Origin: Candidatus Latescibacterota bacterium
Lineage (GTDB): Bacteria; Latescibacterota; CBDEFO01
Reading direction: 5' to 3'
Assembly (NCBI GenBank): GCA_965237525.1
Contig: CBDEFO010000007.1
Coordinates: forward strand, 1-64,000
DNA length: 64,000 nucleotides
This document shows, one piece after another, positions 22,699-33,145 of the stretch. The notes beneath the pieces are model-generated. The model did not search any database. It worked only from the letters and a program-made list of their open reading frames with translations, and was not told the DNA's origin. Numbering within the stretch: position 1 is the stretch's first letter; each line of letters begins with the position of its first letter. The translations under genes and the position numbers were made by a program.

Positions 22699-22776
22699 TT
22701 TCCCTATCTCGTAAAGTTCTTGTTCAGGTTCGGTTTGAATCCGTCTGTTATAATTTCCATCAGTGATGATGTTAAT

Positions 22777-22793
22777 TGCAAATAGGGTGCCAA
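22777..22793 (-). promoter_or_regulatory. Sigma54 -24/-12 promoter
   Basis: TTGGCACCCTATTTGCA on the minus strand, downstream of a sigma54-activator fragment. Confidence 0.75.
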
Positions 22794-23071
22794 TAAGTTT
22801 ACGATTAAGAAGTAAAGTTGTGTCCTTTAAATAAGTGTTTGTAAATACATGAGCTTGGGGAGTATTATGTCACGATATAAAGATACCGTATAGTATGAAT
22901 GTTGCGCAGAAGTTATAAAATGGAAATGGTCAGGCGTTTCAGTTTGAAATACGACAGGTACCGGACAAGTTAGATCTTGAAGGCTGGGGAGCAAAATCGG
23001 CAGTGGGATATTGTGAGCGGTTATCCAGATAAATTCTCAGTCTCTTTCTGGTTCTGCCGGCGTTGTTCAGG

Positions 23072-23470
23072 TCAGGACTTTTCACCTTCTGTATTGTCGT
23101 AAAGGTCCTGTGGAGATTCTTTTAGAGAGATATTGTACTCCTTCAGCTTTCTCCACAGCGTAGTTGTCGAGATGTCGAGTCTTTCAGAGGCTTTTTTGCG
23201 GTTCCATGAGCACTCCTCCAATATGTCGAGTATGTGGAGCCTTTCAACATCGGATAGCGCCATCCCGCTTCTGTGTCTTCTTTTGGACTCCATCTGGACG
23301 CCGCCTCCGAGGGTCTGCGGAAGGTCCTCAGGGGTGATAGTCTCGCCCGACGCAAGTATTATCGAGCGTTCGATGACGTTTTCTAATTCTCTGACGTTTC
23401 CCGGCCAGTCGCAGCTCATAAAGAGACTCAAGACTCTCTTAGATATAGATTCGATGTCTATCTTGAGCCC
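23072..23470 (-). pseudogene. C-terminal fragment of a sigma54-dependent activator
   Basis: WPGNVRELENVIER and a Fis-type HTH (LDISTTTLWRKL); the AAA+ core is missing. Confidence 0.8.
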
Positions 23471-23731
23471 CCCGGTGATGACCTGGGCGAGCGACGTGAC
23501 CTTACTGGCCCGGATCAAGTGTTAGTAAGAGTCCGATGATGCTCGCAGCAGTGGAGGCCGCACTCTGCGATTCGGTGATGTGCCTTACAGGCTGACCCTC
23601 AAGAGAAACACGACTAATTCCCTTTGGTGTGACCTATCAGATGATCCGAAGAATAAGGAAATTTGATTAGACTTTTTTGTGAACTCAGCTACTTCTTTCA
23701 CCTCCAATACTTTGACTTCTAAACCTTCTTG

Positions 23732-23960
23732 CCCGAATAATTCACAAAAAAAGGCCGTACATTAATTAAGAGATTGTATTATATTATAGTTATGCGGTTT
23801 AACCACCTTCGGTGTCATTGCGAGCCGAAGGAGAAGCAATCTCGATTCTGTGGTAGATGTAATACTCTCCGGCTCTCATAGGAGACCACTATAAAACCTT
23901 GAGATTGCTTCGTCGCTTTGCTCCTCGCAATGACTCCACCAAGTTTATGAATTAATCAGG
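23732..23960 (+). mobile_element. MITE with IS1380-type ends carrying a REP doublet
   Basis: Ends CCCGAATAATT and AAGTTTATGAATTAATCAGG match the IS at 60944-62589; internal GTCATTGCGAG...GCAATCTC and GAGATTGC...CTCGCAATGAC. Confidence 0.75.
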
Positions 23961-24230
23961 TTTGTACCTTTTCTTGATCTTCTGGTTTCAAATTTTGATA
24001 ATGCAGAACGCTGGATTACCTGCAACAGCATCGTCAATCGGTTCCGAATTATGGTCTACTCTGATGAGAGGGGCTAATTCAAAGGCCTTGAGGTGGGAAG
24101 TGAATTACCCCTCTTCAGAAGCCGGTGTAATTCACTATTGACTTGGATGCCGATTTTTTTTATCTTGTCGAAGAGAGTTTTCACGCACGATGAGAAAAGG
24201 TCAATTTTTGTGATCACAAAGGAGGTCTAA

Positions 24231-25028
24231 ATGGCTGAAGGGAACGGAAAAGTCCAGGTTCAGATGATCGGTTTTGCGACACTAAAGCTGACGTCTCCCA
24301 ACGGCAAGGTAATTTTGATCGATCCGTGGCTAACAGCAAACGATTTCTTCCCAGATGGGAATCCCGCGGTGCCGGATAAGTACAAAGAGGACGTGGGTGC
24401 TTTCGGGAAAGTGGATATAATACTTCAGACTCACGCTCACTTCGATCATTTGAATCTAAATGACATCGTCGCTTTGACCGAAAGATTCAATCCCATTATT
24501 CTGACGCCGGTCGAGACAGCAGTCTATATCAGGGAGAAGACGGGTATCGAGAACTTCTGCAACGACGGCTGGGGGATGAATCGCGGTCCGCTTGCTCCCA
24601 TAGACGGAATTCAGGTCTCAGGCGTTCACTGCGAGCACACGTCCTCGGAGATCCAGACCACATCCGAGGGTGGGTTAACGGTGCGCGATGTGGGAGATCC
24701 AATAGGGTTCGTGGTAGAATTCGAGAACGGCTTTAAAGTCTACATCTCTTCTGACACGGGACTCTGCTCAGACCTGAAGCTCGTTATTGGAGACTACTAC
24801 AAGCCAGATCTGACTATCTTGAACATCTGCGGCGGCGGGTTCACGCTGGGAGGAGATAGCGCAGGATACGCAGTGAAGTTGATCTCTCCTAAGTACGTGA
24901 TCCCTGCTCACTACGGGGTCTTTCCGGTAATGGATCAGACACCTGACAATTTCCTGGAAGCTTTGAAAGTGCACGCTCCACACGTGAAGGCGTTTGTGCT
25001 CGAGTCAGATGAGGTGGCAGAATTTTGA
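24231..25028 (+). CDS. Metallo-beta-lactamase-fold hydrolase (UPF0173-like)
   Basis: LIDPWL, THAHFDH, SSDTG and IPAHYG motifs; GGAGG RBS. Confidence 0.85.
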   Translation: MAEGNGKVQVQMIGFATLKLTSPNGKVILIDPWLTANDFFPDGNPAVPDKYKEDVGAFGKVDIILQTHAHFDHLNLNDIVALTERFNPIILTPVETAVYIREKTGIENFCNDGWGMNRGPLAPIDGIQVSGVHCEHTSSEIQTTSEGGLTVRDVGDPIGFVVEFENGFKVYISSDTGLCSDLKLVIGDYYKPDLTILNICGGGFTLGGDSAGYAVKLISPKYVIPAHYGVFPVMDQTPDNFLEALKVHAPHVKAFVLESDEVAEF

Positions 25029-25186
25029 GGACTACAGATCGCGATTGGGGCGGAATGTCTTTCATTTTCCGACCTTTTTCTCTGTCGTTCGCATAGTCAC
25101 CGGCCTCGTGTGACTCTTTGTCTTGACTCGTCTTCTTTGAAGTGTTATCATAGACAGGAAATTAGATAGGCAAAAGCACGTCCAGA

Positions 25187-25402
25187 ATGCAAGGGCAAAA
25201 GGGGGCCATGACAGTGAATGAGAAAGACCTTGAAGAGCTGAGACGGATTCAGTTTAGGTGGCGGGAGACGCGGTCCAGGTTCAACGATCTGAAGACAAAC
25301 ATGCAGTTTCCAAGCAGCATAGGCGATTGGCTTGAGAAATTCATTACAGTTCTGGATAAGCGGCTGGAGATCATAGAGAGGAACCTAATAGAGAAAGATT
25401 AA
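25187..25402 (+). CDS. Small hypothetical protein
   Basis: 71-aa ORF with plausible composition and an upstream TTGACT/TATCAT-like promoter. Confidence 0.45.
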   Translation: MQGQKGAMTVNEKDLEELRRIQFRWRETRSRFNDLKTNMQFPSSIGDWLEKFITVLDKRLEIIERNLIEKD

Positions 25403-25404
25403 GG

Positions 25405-27055
25405 CCTGCATTCCCCATATTAAACCAGAAAAATGCTTTCATAATATGTCTTAAGCATGTTATTATGTGATAAATAACATTAGAAAATATATGGCAAGTA
25501 CTGCCACCCGGAGGGTGAAAGAATGAAAGTAGGTTTTGATGGAGGAATAAAGCTTGAATTTCATGGTGCAAAGGTGACATCAAACGGTGGACTTCTTGCG
25601 TATCGTGACCTTGATTAGGCACTGGGATTATTTGATTCGGTATCAGCGGTTTTTACCGATAAACGCACAGACCGTAATATCCGACATGATATATCTACTC
25701 TCCTGCGTCAATCGATATACAGCCGCCTTGCAGGATATGAAGATGTAAATGACGCCGAGCGATCACCGGAAAGAAGGACAAAGGCAAGCAAGCCGCCAGC
25801 TCCAACACGATAGGACGTTTTGAAACTGAGACACTGACTAAGCATGACAATCTCAGAAGCTTGTCAGATATCAATGGCAAGTGGGTTCAAAAAGCGATGA
25901 GTAAAACACAGCATCAACGAATTGTTCTGGACATGGACAGTTCGGAGAGTCCGGTACATGGCGAGCAGGAAGGATCAGCTTGCAACGCTCATTTCCGGTG
26001 TACCTGTTTTCATCCACTGTTCTGCTTCAATCACTTCGGGGATTGTGAAGGAGTCCTGCTTCGCTCTGGTAATGTTCACAGTGCTGATCTCCCCGATTGA
26101 ATCTATCGGGGACGAATCGTCAAGAGATAGGAGAGCAAAAAGAATAGGAAATACTTTCGAGGCGATGCTGCATTCGCAAAGCCTGAGATTTATGATTATC
26201 TGGAGGAAAACGGCTATTTGTATGCCAATTGGCTTCCCGCAAATGAGATACTTTATGAAAAGATTCGATACCTGCTGACTCGGCCAATTGGACGACCTCC
26301 GAGGAAACCGATTGTCTTGTTATGTGAATTTCAATATAAAGCGGCCAGTTGGGATCAATCGAGGCGAGTGGTCGCCAAGGTTGAATGGCACCAAGGGGAG
26401 CTGTTCCCCCGGGGGGCTTCATCGTCACCAACCTGTCGGCCAGGCCGGAAGGTGTGGTACACTTCTACAATGGCCGAGGCACTGCTGAGCAGTGGATCAA
26501 GGAGGGCAAGTATGCCCTGAGCTGGACCCGGCTGTCCTGCCACAGGTTCGTGGCCAACCAGGTGCGGCTGCACTTGTTCATCCTGGCCTACAATCTGGGG
26601 AACTTCCTGCGCAGGCTCTCCCTACCCAAGACGGTCAAGGACTGGTCGCTGCGAAGCCTCCAGGTCAAGTTCATCAAGATCGGGGGGAGGCGAGTTCGCC
26701 ACGCGCGGCGGTCCGTGTTTCAGCTCGCCGAGGTGGCGGTGCCTCAGGAGGTGTTCCGACAAGTGCTGGAGGGTATCGCCGGGCTCCATCCATCCCCAGG
26801 GTAGCGAGTGTGCTTGATGTCATCACGGGTGATCAAGGGTTGCCAAGGGTGAGGTGCGTGCCTGGGAGAGTGGGAAGGGAGCCAAAGCATGTTGGGAGTG
26901 GTGTTCCCGTGCGATGGATCGCTAACCTGCCGCATCAACAGGTCGTCCAGTGGGGACGATGAGGACTTGACCGCGCTCGAGAGTGCCAGCACCTTTAGCG
27001 TCGTCAACGATGGGGGATTCTTGGGACGCCAGCACTTTCATATGGGAAATGTCGG
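25405..27055 (+). mobile_element. Degenerate, apparently chimeric IS1380-family element
   Basis: TIRs CCTGCATTCCCCATAT and ATATGGGAAATGTCGG; fragments LDMDSSESPVHGEQEG, GNVHSAD, YNGRGTAEQWIKEGK and ANQVRL with stops and frameshifts. Confidence 0.85.
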
Positions 27056-27170
27056 GCTATGGGGCTGAAATGCGAAATCCCGCGTGATGGCTCCGGGGCA
27101 ATGTTGGATCAAGAGCCTTCACGTGCGAATCTCAGCATGGTGCCGACCGCAATAGGGGTAGCCAGTCATT

Positions 27171-28096
27171 ATGACAGAGCATTACCACAAGGAGCCGAGT
27201 AGGGGTGACAGGCGCGGCGAGCCGCGCGGCGGGACCATGCCGCATGTCCTGCGCGAAGCTCTAGACGTCGGCCGCTTGATCGTTGCCCCGGGCTGCTACG
27301 ACTCGCTGGGTGCGCGCCTGGCTGAGCTGCATGGCTTTCCCGCGGTGTACATGTCGGGTCTGGCAGTGACGGCGTCACAGCTCGCCCGGCCGGACATCGA
27401 GTTGCTCACCATGGACGAGATGGTCCGGCCGGCAGGCCTGATGGCGTCGGCGATCGGCATTCCGGTCATTGCCGATGCAGATACCGGCTACGGCGGCTTG
27501 GCTAATGTCGCACGCACCACCCAGGCTTATGCCCAGGCAGGGGTGGCGGCCATCCACCTGGAGGACCAGGCCAGTCCCAAGCGATGCCCCCAGATGGGCG
27601 GTGTGCGTCTGATCGATGAGGGTGCGATGGCGGCGAAGCTTCAGGTGGTGGTTGAGGCCCGCGGCGACACCGGTATGTTGGTCATCGGACGCACCGATGG
27701 CTTAAAGCCGTCGGGCTCGACGAAGCGATCAGACGCGCGAACGTCTACGCTGAAGTCGGCGTGGACTTGATCTTTGTGGATGGCATAACCCGCAGCGAAG
27801 ACTTCCACCAGGTGCGCCAAGACGTCGAAGGTCGGCTCATGGCCAGCATTGTGGAGATCGACGCCCCTGCCCTGACCAGCGCGGCTGAGCTAGAGGCGAT
27901 GGGTTATTCTATTGCGGTTCACGCGCTTTCGGGCATTCTGGCGACCGCCGGAGCCCTAAGCCGGCTCATGGATGACATCAAGGTCCATGGCAATACCGAC
28001 CGAAGTTACGAGCACATGATGACGTACAGCGCCTTGAATGAGACCTTGGGCGTCGAATGCTTCAACGCTCTGTGGGATCGATTCCGTCAGGCGTGA
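27171..28096 (+). pseudogene. Isocitrate lyase/PEP mutase family protein, frameshifted
   Basis: ADADTGYG, IHLEDQ, KRCP and GRTD motifs; continues in ORF 27761-28096. Confidence 0.8.
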
Positions 28097-28263
28097 GAAC
28101 TCGTGGAAAACGGGACTGGCTCCAACACACATCACGCCGGTGACGCGGAAATAGGCTCTGCCGAGGCCCTGTCCCCATGCTGCACACGATCCCTGAGCGA
28201 AGAGAACGGCGACGATGGAGTTGGCACTGTCGTGCTGATACTCGCAAAACAAGGTGGTGCGCT

Positions 28264-29000
28264 ATGACAGTAAAGCTCGAGGGTAAAACGGCACTGGTGA
28301 CCGGTGGGGGGCGCGGCATAGGCCAAGCCATTGCCCGGAAATTCGCCGACGAAGGCGCCCGCGTTGCCGTGGCTGACATCGACAAGGAAACCGCACGCCG
28401 AACCGCAGCAGAGTTGCCCACCGAGGGTTTGGCCCTGGAAATGGACGTGGCCTGTAAGACCTCGGTCCAGGCGGGAATCGCTGACGCCCTCGGCCACTTC
28501 GGCCAGCTCGATATCCTGGTCAACAACGCCGGAATTCTCACCAACACCACCTTCGAGGACTGCACGGAGGAGCTGTGGAACCGCATGATTGACGTCAACC
28601 TCAAGGGCACCTTTCTCTGTTCCCAGGCCGTCCTTCCCCACATGAAAGACCGCCGCCAGGGGGTCATCCTCAACATGACCTCGGTGGCGGCTAAGACCGG
28701 CGGTGTCTGGTCGCCGGCCCGCCTTATGCGGCGGCCAAGGCCGGGATCTACACCCTGACCATCGGCCTTGCGCGAGCCTTGGCGCCCCACCGTGTCCGAG
28801 TCAACGGCATCGCCCCCGGCGTCATCGACACGGCCATGACCCAGTCAGCGGCCCATGAGGACTTGACGACGCTGATTCCGCTGGGTGAAAAGGGCCGCCC
28901 CGAGGATGTCGCCCACTGCGCCCTGTTCCTGGCATCCGATGACGGCCGCCATATCACCGGTGAGATCATCGACGTCAACGGCGGTCTATTCATGGATTGA
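28264..29000 (+). pseudogene. SDR oxidoreductase (FabG-like), frameshifted
   Basis: TGGGRGIG and NNAG; YAAAK falls after a frameshift near 28715; VNGIAPG. Confidence 0.85.
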
Positions 29001-29039
29001 ACTCAGCACCTTCACAATGCACATGCCACCGTCTACACA

Positions 29040-29345
29040 GCCCGCCAGGAAACGCCGCGACTCACTGGTCGCGCCTCGAAGGCGTTGGCCTGCTCGCCGT
29101 CCGCGCGCTGACGGGCAGGGAACTAGAAGGCGCAGTCCGCGGCACGCCCGGCGCTATGAGACGCCCAGGTGTTCCTGGACGTGCACGGCCACGCGACGCC
29201 GCTTCGACGGGCTCAGAAGTTTGGGTGGGACACCTCGTTGAGAATCGCGATGTCCAAAGCCTGGTCTGGCACCAGCCGCTTCAAACAGCGTATTCTCCTT
29301 CTCCAACACCTTCAGTCGCTTGGCCCGACCCACCTTCATGCCGCT
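29040..29345 (-). mobile_element. IS3-family (IS407-like) OrfA/OrfB junction remnant
   Basis: AKRLKVLEKEN...LDIAIL and LSPSKRRR...HLGVS*RRACR; lies at the GC-content boundary. Confidence 0.65.
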
Positions 29346-29367
29346 TAAGGATAAGGTTAAGTTTTCA

Positions 29368-30852
29368 TTATCTTCTTTTGATTATGGCTTCCACTAATCC
29401 TGCGGCTTTGTACATGGTTTCGATATATTCCCTTTCCGGCGAAGAATCGGCGACGATTCCCGCTCCCACTTGCAGGTACGCCTGCCCTCCAGAAAGAACC
29501 AAGGTCCTTATGACGATGTTGAAGTCACAATCGCCGTTGTAGCTGAAGTATCCGACAGATCCTGTATAGATATTTCTGGTTGTGGGCTCCAGCTCGTCTA
29601 TGATCTCCATGCACCTTATCTTTGGACAACCTGTGATGGTCCCTCCGGGGAAGACGGCTCTTATCAGCTCGAAGGAGGTGTATCTGTCCTGCAAAGTTCC
29701 GCAGATATTTGAGACGATGTGCGTGACGTGTGAGTATCTTTCCAGGGTCATAAGTTCATCTACGCTCACTGAACCGTATCGGCATACTCGCCCAATATCG
29801 TTCCTCTCCAAGTCGACGAGCATGATGTGTTCGGCCCGTTCTTTTTGATCTAAAAGGAGTTGGCCGCCGATCTTTTCGTCCTCCTTCTGGTCTTTTCCTC
29901 TCTTTTGGGTACCGGCGATTGGTCTGGTCTGCACCCGATCGTCAAAGAGCTTTACCAATCTTTCCGGGGAGGAACTTGCGATCTTTATGTCCTCAAGCTT
30001 CAAATAGCAGGCAAAAGGAGAGGGGTTTATGTCTCTGAGGGCTCTGTAGAGATGCCAGCTGTCGCCCTCAAATTCGATGGCTAATCTCTGCGATAAATTG
30101 ACTTGATAGACGTCTCCGGCGCGGATGTATTCCTTAACCCGTCGAACGGCTTTTTCGAACTCTGCCCTCTCGAAATTGTACGATATATCTCCTGTCTTGA
30201 AGGACTCACTGTCGTCATAAATGTTGTAATACTTATTCAGCAGAATATCGGCTACTCTGTAAATTCTCTCTTTTGCAGAGTCTATTTCGAGTTTAGTGTC
30301 AGAGGTTAGGTCTATATTGGATATTATGTAAAGGCTGTCGGCAAGGTGGTCGAATACGACTGCGCTGTCGCATACCAAAAAGAAGATGTCCGGCAGCTCA
30401 AGGTCGTCTTGAGCTCTTCGGGAGAGCACCTCAAAGTAGTGACGGGCGTCGTATCCCAAGTAGCCTATGGCTCCGCCTGTAAAGTTGGGGAGTCCCTCCA
30501 ATTTCGGGGAAGAGCGTCTTTTCATCAACTCCTGCAGACCGGATACGGGATTCCCTCTCTGGGAAGATTCCGATTTGCCTTCGGCTATGTGAAAGAGGTC
30601 GCCCTTGCCCTTGAAGATAAGTTCGGGAGTCGCGGCGATGATCGAATATCTCCCAATCTTGGTTCCTACGCGAGCGCTCTCCAGGAGCGCTCCATAGTCT
30701 CCGCGCATAAGCTTTGAGCGCATAAGCTTTGAGAAAGCTCCTATTGGGCAAACAGGAGGACTCTTGATCTGTGCCCACAGCGGATAACGACCGAACCTAT
30801 CGGATAAGTCCTCAAGCTGCTGTGGGCTCAGAGTTAAGGCTATATCTATCAA
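29368..30852 (-). CDS. Anthranilate synthase component I / aminodeoxychorismate synthase (MST family)
   Basis: LLES, YQVNLSQ, SSPERL, PIAGT, EHIMLVDLERND, FPGGTITGCPK and GAGIV motifs. Confidence 0.9.
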   Translation of the reverse strand: MIDIALTLSPQQLEDLSDRFGRYPLWAQIKSPPVCPIGAFSKLMRSKLMRGDYGALLESARVGTKIGRYSIIAATPELIFKGKGDLFHIAEGKSESSQRGNPVSGLQELMKRRSSPKLEGLPNFTGGAIGYLGYDARHYFEVLSRRAQDDLELPDIFFLVCDSAVVFDHLADSLYIISNIDLTSDTKLEIDSAKERIYRVADILLNKYYNIYDDSESFKTGDISYNFERAEFEKAVRRVKEYIRAGDVYQVNLSQRLAIEFEGDSWHLYRALRDINPSPFACYLKLEDIKIASSSPERLVKLFDDRVQTRPIAGTQKRGKDQKEDEKIGGQLLLDQKERAEHIMLVDLERNDIGRVCRYGSVSVDELMTLERYSHVTHIVSNICGTLQDRYTSFELIRAVFPGGTITGCPKIRCMEIIDELEPTTRNIYTGSVGYFSYNGDCDFNIVIRTLVLSGGQAYLQVGAGIVADSSPEREYIETMYKAAGLVEAIIKRR

Positions 30853-31145
30853 TTTAATAGTACCAAGTTAGGGAGATTCTTAATCCATCCATGGTAAATA
30901 GAGTCAGTGTAGTAGCTGTCTACTATCTCCTATGTACGTGTTTATGCCGTCTACTTCTCTAATCCTCGTCTGCCGATTTAATAACCTTGACTTTAGAAAT
31001 CCTTATTATTATCTTTTGTTCTTTCATACTGATAGTATAATACATCCTAACTGAAGAATCAATAAAAAATGGGAAGTTATTTGCTGAAATTGGCTTATCA
31101 CTTTTTCTATGAGAAGGCTCATCTCGGAAACACGGAGGCATTAAA

Positions 31146-32054
31146 ATGGCGGAAAAGTTTGTAAGATTTACGGTTGAATCTGGTCGAGAAGTGTGGGGGA
31201 AAGTAGTGGACGAATCGGATATTTCGAATGTGAAGGCAGTAAGATTAGATGGTGAGGGACTCGAGGGACCTATTCGAAGTTACGAACGTCTATCCGATCA
31301 ATTACATGCGGCAACCCAAAGAGAAGAGATCACAATCACAGAAGGCAGATTCCTTCCTCCCGTAAACCGTCCGCCAGATTTTCTGCCGAATATCTACGCC
31401 GTGGGACTCAATTACTACGAACATGGAGCAGCGACCGGGCAGCTGGAAAAGGGCCAAAGGCCCGGAGCACCTATTCTGTTCCCTAAATGGACTACGTCGG
31501 TCACCTCCCACACTTCTCCGATCATTTTGCCTGCCTCAGCGCCAAACTGTGTGGATTATGAGGTAGAATTAGCCTTAATCATAGGCAAGGAGGGTAAGAA
31601 CATCCCACCGGAAGCGGCGTTAGAATATGTCCTAGGATTTACTATTGGAAACGATGTCAGTGCCCGTGACGTGCAGGGAATGTATCCCCAAATCAAACCA
31701 AATAGTCAATGGGGAAAAGCAAAATCGTTTGACACATTCTGTCCCTTGGGACCTTTCTTAGTTATGGACATAGACCCTCAAGACCAGGATATAATGTTGT
31801 ATGTGGATGGAGACAGGAAACAATTGGGTAACACAGGCGATATGATGTACTCGTTAGCAGAGCTCATCGCCTATATTTCTCTGGATGCCAGGTTGTTGCC
31901 CGGAACGGTACTATTGACCGGGACGCCCAAAGGTACACAGGTAGAAGAGCATCATGCTGGAAGGGGGCCGAGCTATCTGAAAGATGGTCAAGAGGTAGTA
32001 GCTCAAATTGGCGAGGTGGGAACCTTGGTAAACTGTGTCCAAGAATCCAAGTAA
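31146..32054 (+). CDS. Fumarylacetoacetate hydrolase family protein
   Basis: GLNY, DYEVEL, NDVSARD, KSFDTFCPLGP and LTGTP motifs. Confidence 0.9.
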   Translation: MAEKFVRFTVESGREVWGKVVDESDISNVKAVRLDGEGLEGPIRSYERLSDQLHAATQREEITITEGRFLPPVNRPPDFLPNIYAVGLNYYEHGAATGQLEKGQRPGAPILFPKWTTSVTSHTSPIILPASAPNCVDYEVELALIIGKEGKNIPPEAALEYVLGFTIGNDVSARDVQGMYPQIKPNSQWGKAKSFDTFCPLGPFLVMDIDPQDQDIMLYVDGDRKQLGNTGDMMYSLAELIAYISLDARLLPGTVLLTGTPKGTQVEEHHAGRGPSYLKDGQEVVAQIGEVGTLVNCVQESK

Positions 32055-32108
32055 AGCTTCTCCTAACTATTGCTGATCGTTGTGGAATTTCGAACAGGAG
32101 GACTCGAT

Positions 32109-33107
32109 ATGGCGAAAGATAAAATCAGGTGGGGTGTGTTGGGATGTGCCCGCATCGCTCTGAATTCTTTTCTTCCAGCATTAACAAGGTCCGAAACAGG
32201 GAGCCTAGCCGCCATCGCCAGCCGTGACAGATCCAAGGCCGAAGCTGAGGGCGAGAAATTCGGGGCGGAGAGGTTCTACGGAAGCTACGAGGAGCTTTTG
32301 GACTCTGGTGGCATAGATGTCCTCTATATTCCATTGCCCAACAATATGCACAAAGAATACACCCTCAAGGCTGCGCAAAGGGGCATACACGTCCTTTGCG
32401 AAAAGCCGTTTGCTATAAACCAAAAGGAAGCCCTGGAAATGAAGGAAGCCTGCCGAAAAAATAGGGTCCGACTTATGAACGCCTTTATGTGGCACTTGGA
32501 CCCCATGAATCAGCGGGCGCTTGAGATAGTACGTTTGGGAGAGATAGGAAAGATAAAATATATGAACGCTGCCTTTACCTCCAATTTCCCTAGACAGGAC
32601 GATATCCGCCTGCAAAGAAAGATGGGAGGGGGGTCGCTTCTGGACGCCGGGGTCTATTGTGTCAACACCTTTCGACGTTTTATGAGGAAGGAACCGGTCG
32701 AAGTGGTGGGCCTATCTGTTACTCCTACGCTCAAAGCAGACGTGGATGAGACATTTAGCGGCCTACTCCGCTTTGATGAAGATGAGATAGCTGCATTCGT
32801 CGCCAGCTTCAGAATGAGCAGCGAGCACCGATACGAGATAGTAGGCGAAAAGGGGAGAATACGTTCTCCCAGCGGTCCGTGGCACCGTAAAGAACCGAAT
32901 AGGATAGAGGTCATAACAGATGACAACGTCAGGGAGGAGAACTTCGAGGAGAACGATCCGTTCAAAAACGAAATCGAGTATTTTACAGGGTGTATTCAGT
33001 CCGATAAGGAGCCTGACCCAGGCGGAGAGGACGGTTACCTTGAAATGAAAGTGCTGGATACTCTTGTGGAGTCTGCTCTGATGGGAAAGAAGGTTGAGAT
33101 AAAATGA
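32109..33107 (+). CDS. Gfo/Idh/MocA oxidoreductase
   Basis: WGVLGCARIA, HVLCEKP and GGSLLDAGVY motifs. Confidence 0.9.
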   Translation: MAKDKIRWGVLGCARIALNSFLPALTRSETGSLAAIASRDRSKAEAEGEKFGAERFYGSYEELLDSGGIDVLYIPLPNNMHKEYTLKAAQRGIHVLCEKPFAINQKEALEMKEACRKNRVRLMNAFMWHLDPMNQRALEIVRLGEIGKIKYMNAAFTSNFPRQDDIRLQRKMGGGSLLDAGVYCVNTFRRFMRKEPVEVVGLSVTPTLKADVDETFSGLLRFDEDEIAAFVASFRMSSEHRYEIVGEKGRIRSPSGPWHRKEPNRIEVITDDNVREENFEENDPFKNEIEYFTGCIQSDKEPDPGGEDGYLEMKVLDTLVESALMGKKVEIK

Positions 33108-33145
33108 CGTTTACATTGTTGCCCCCGATAGATTCAATCGGGGGT

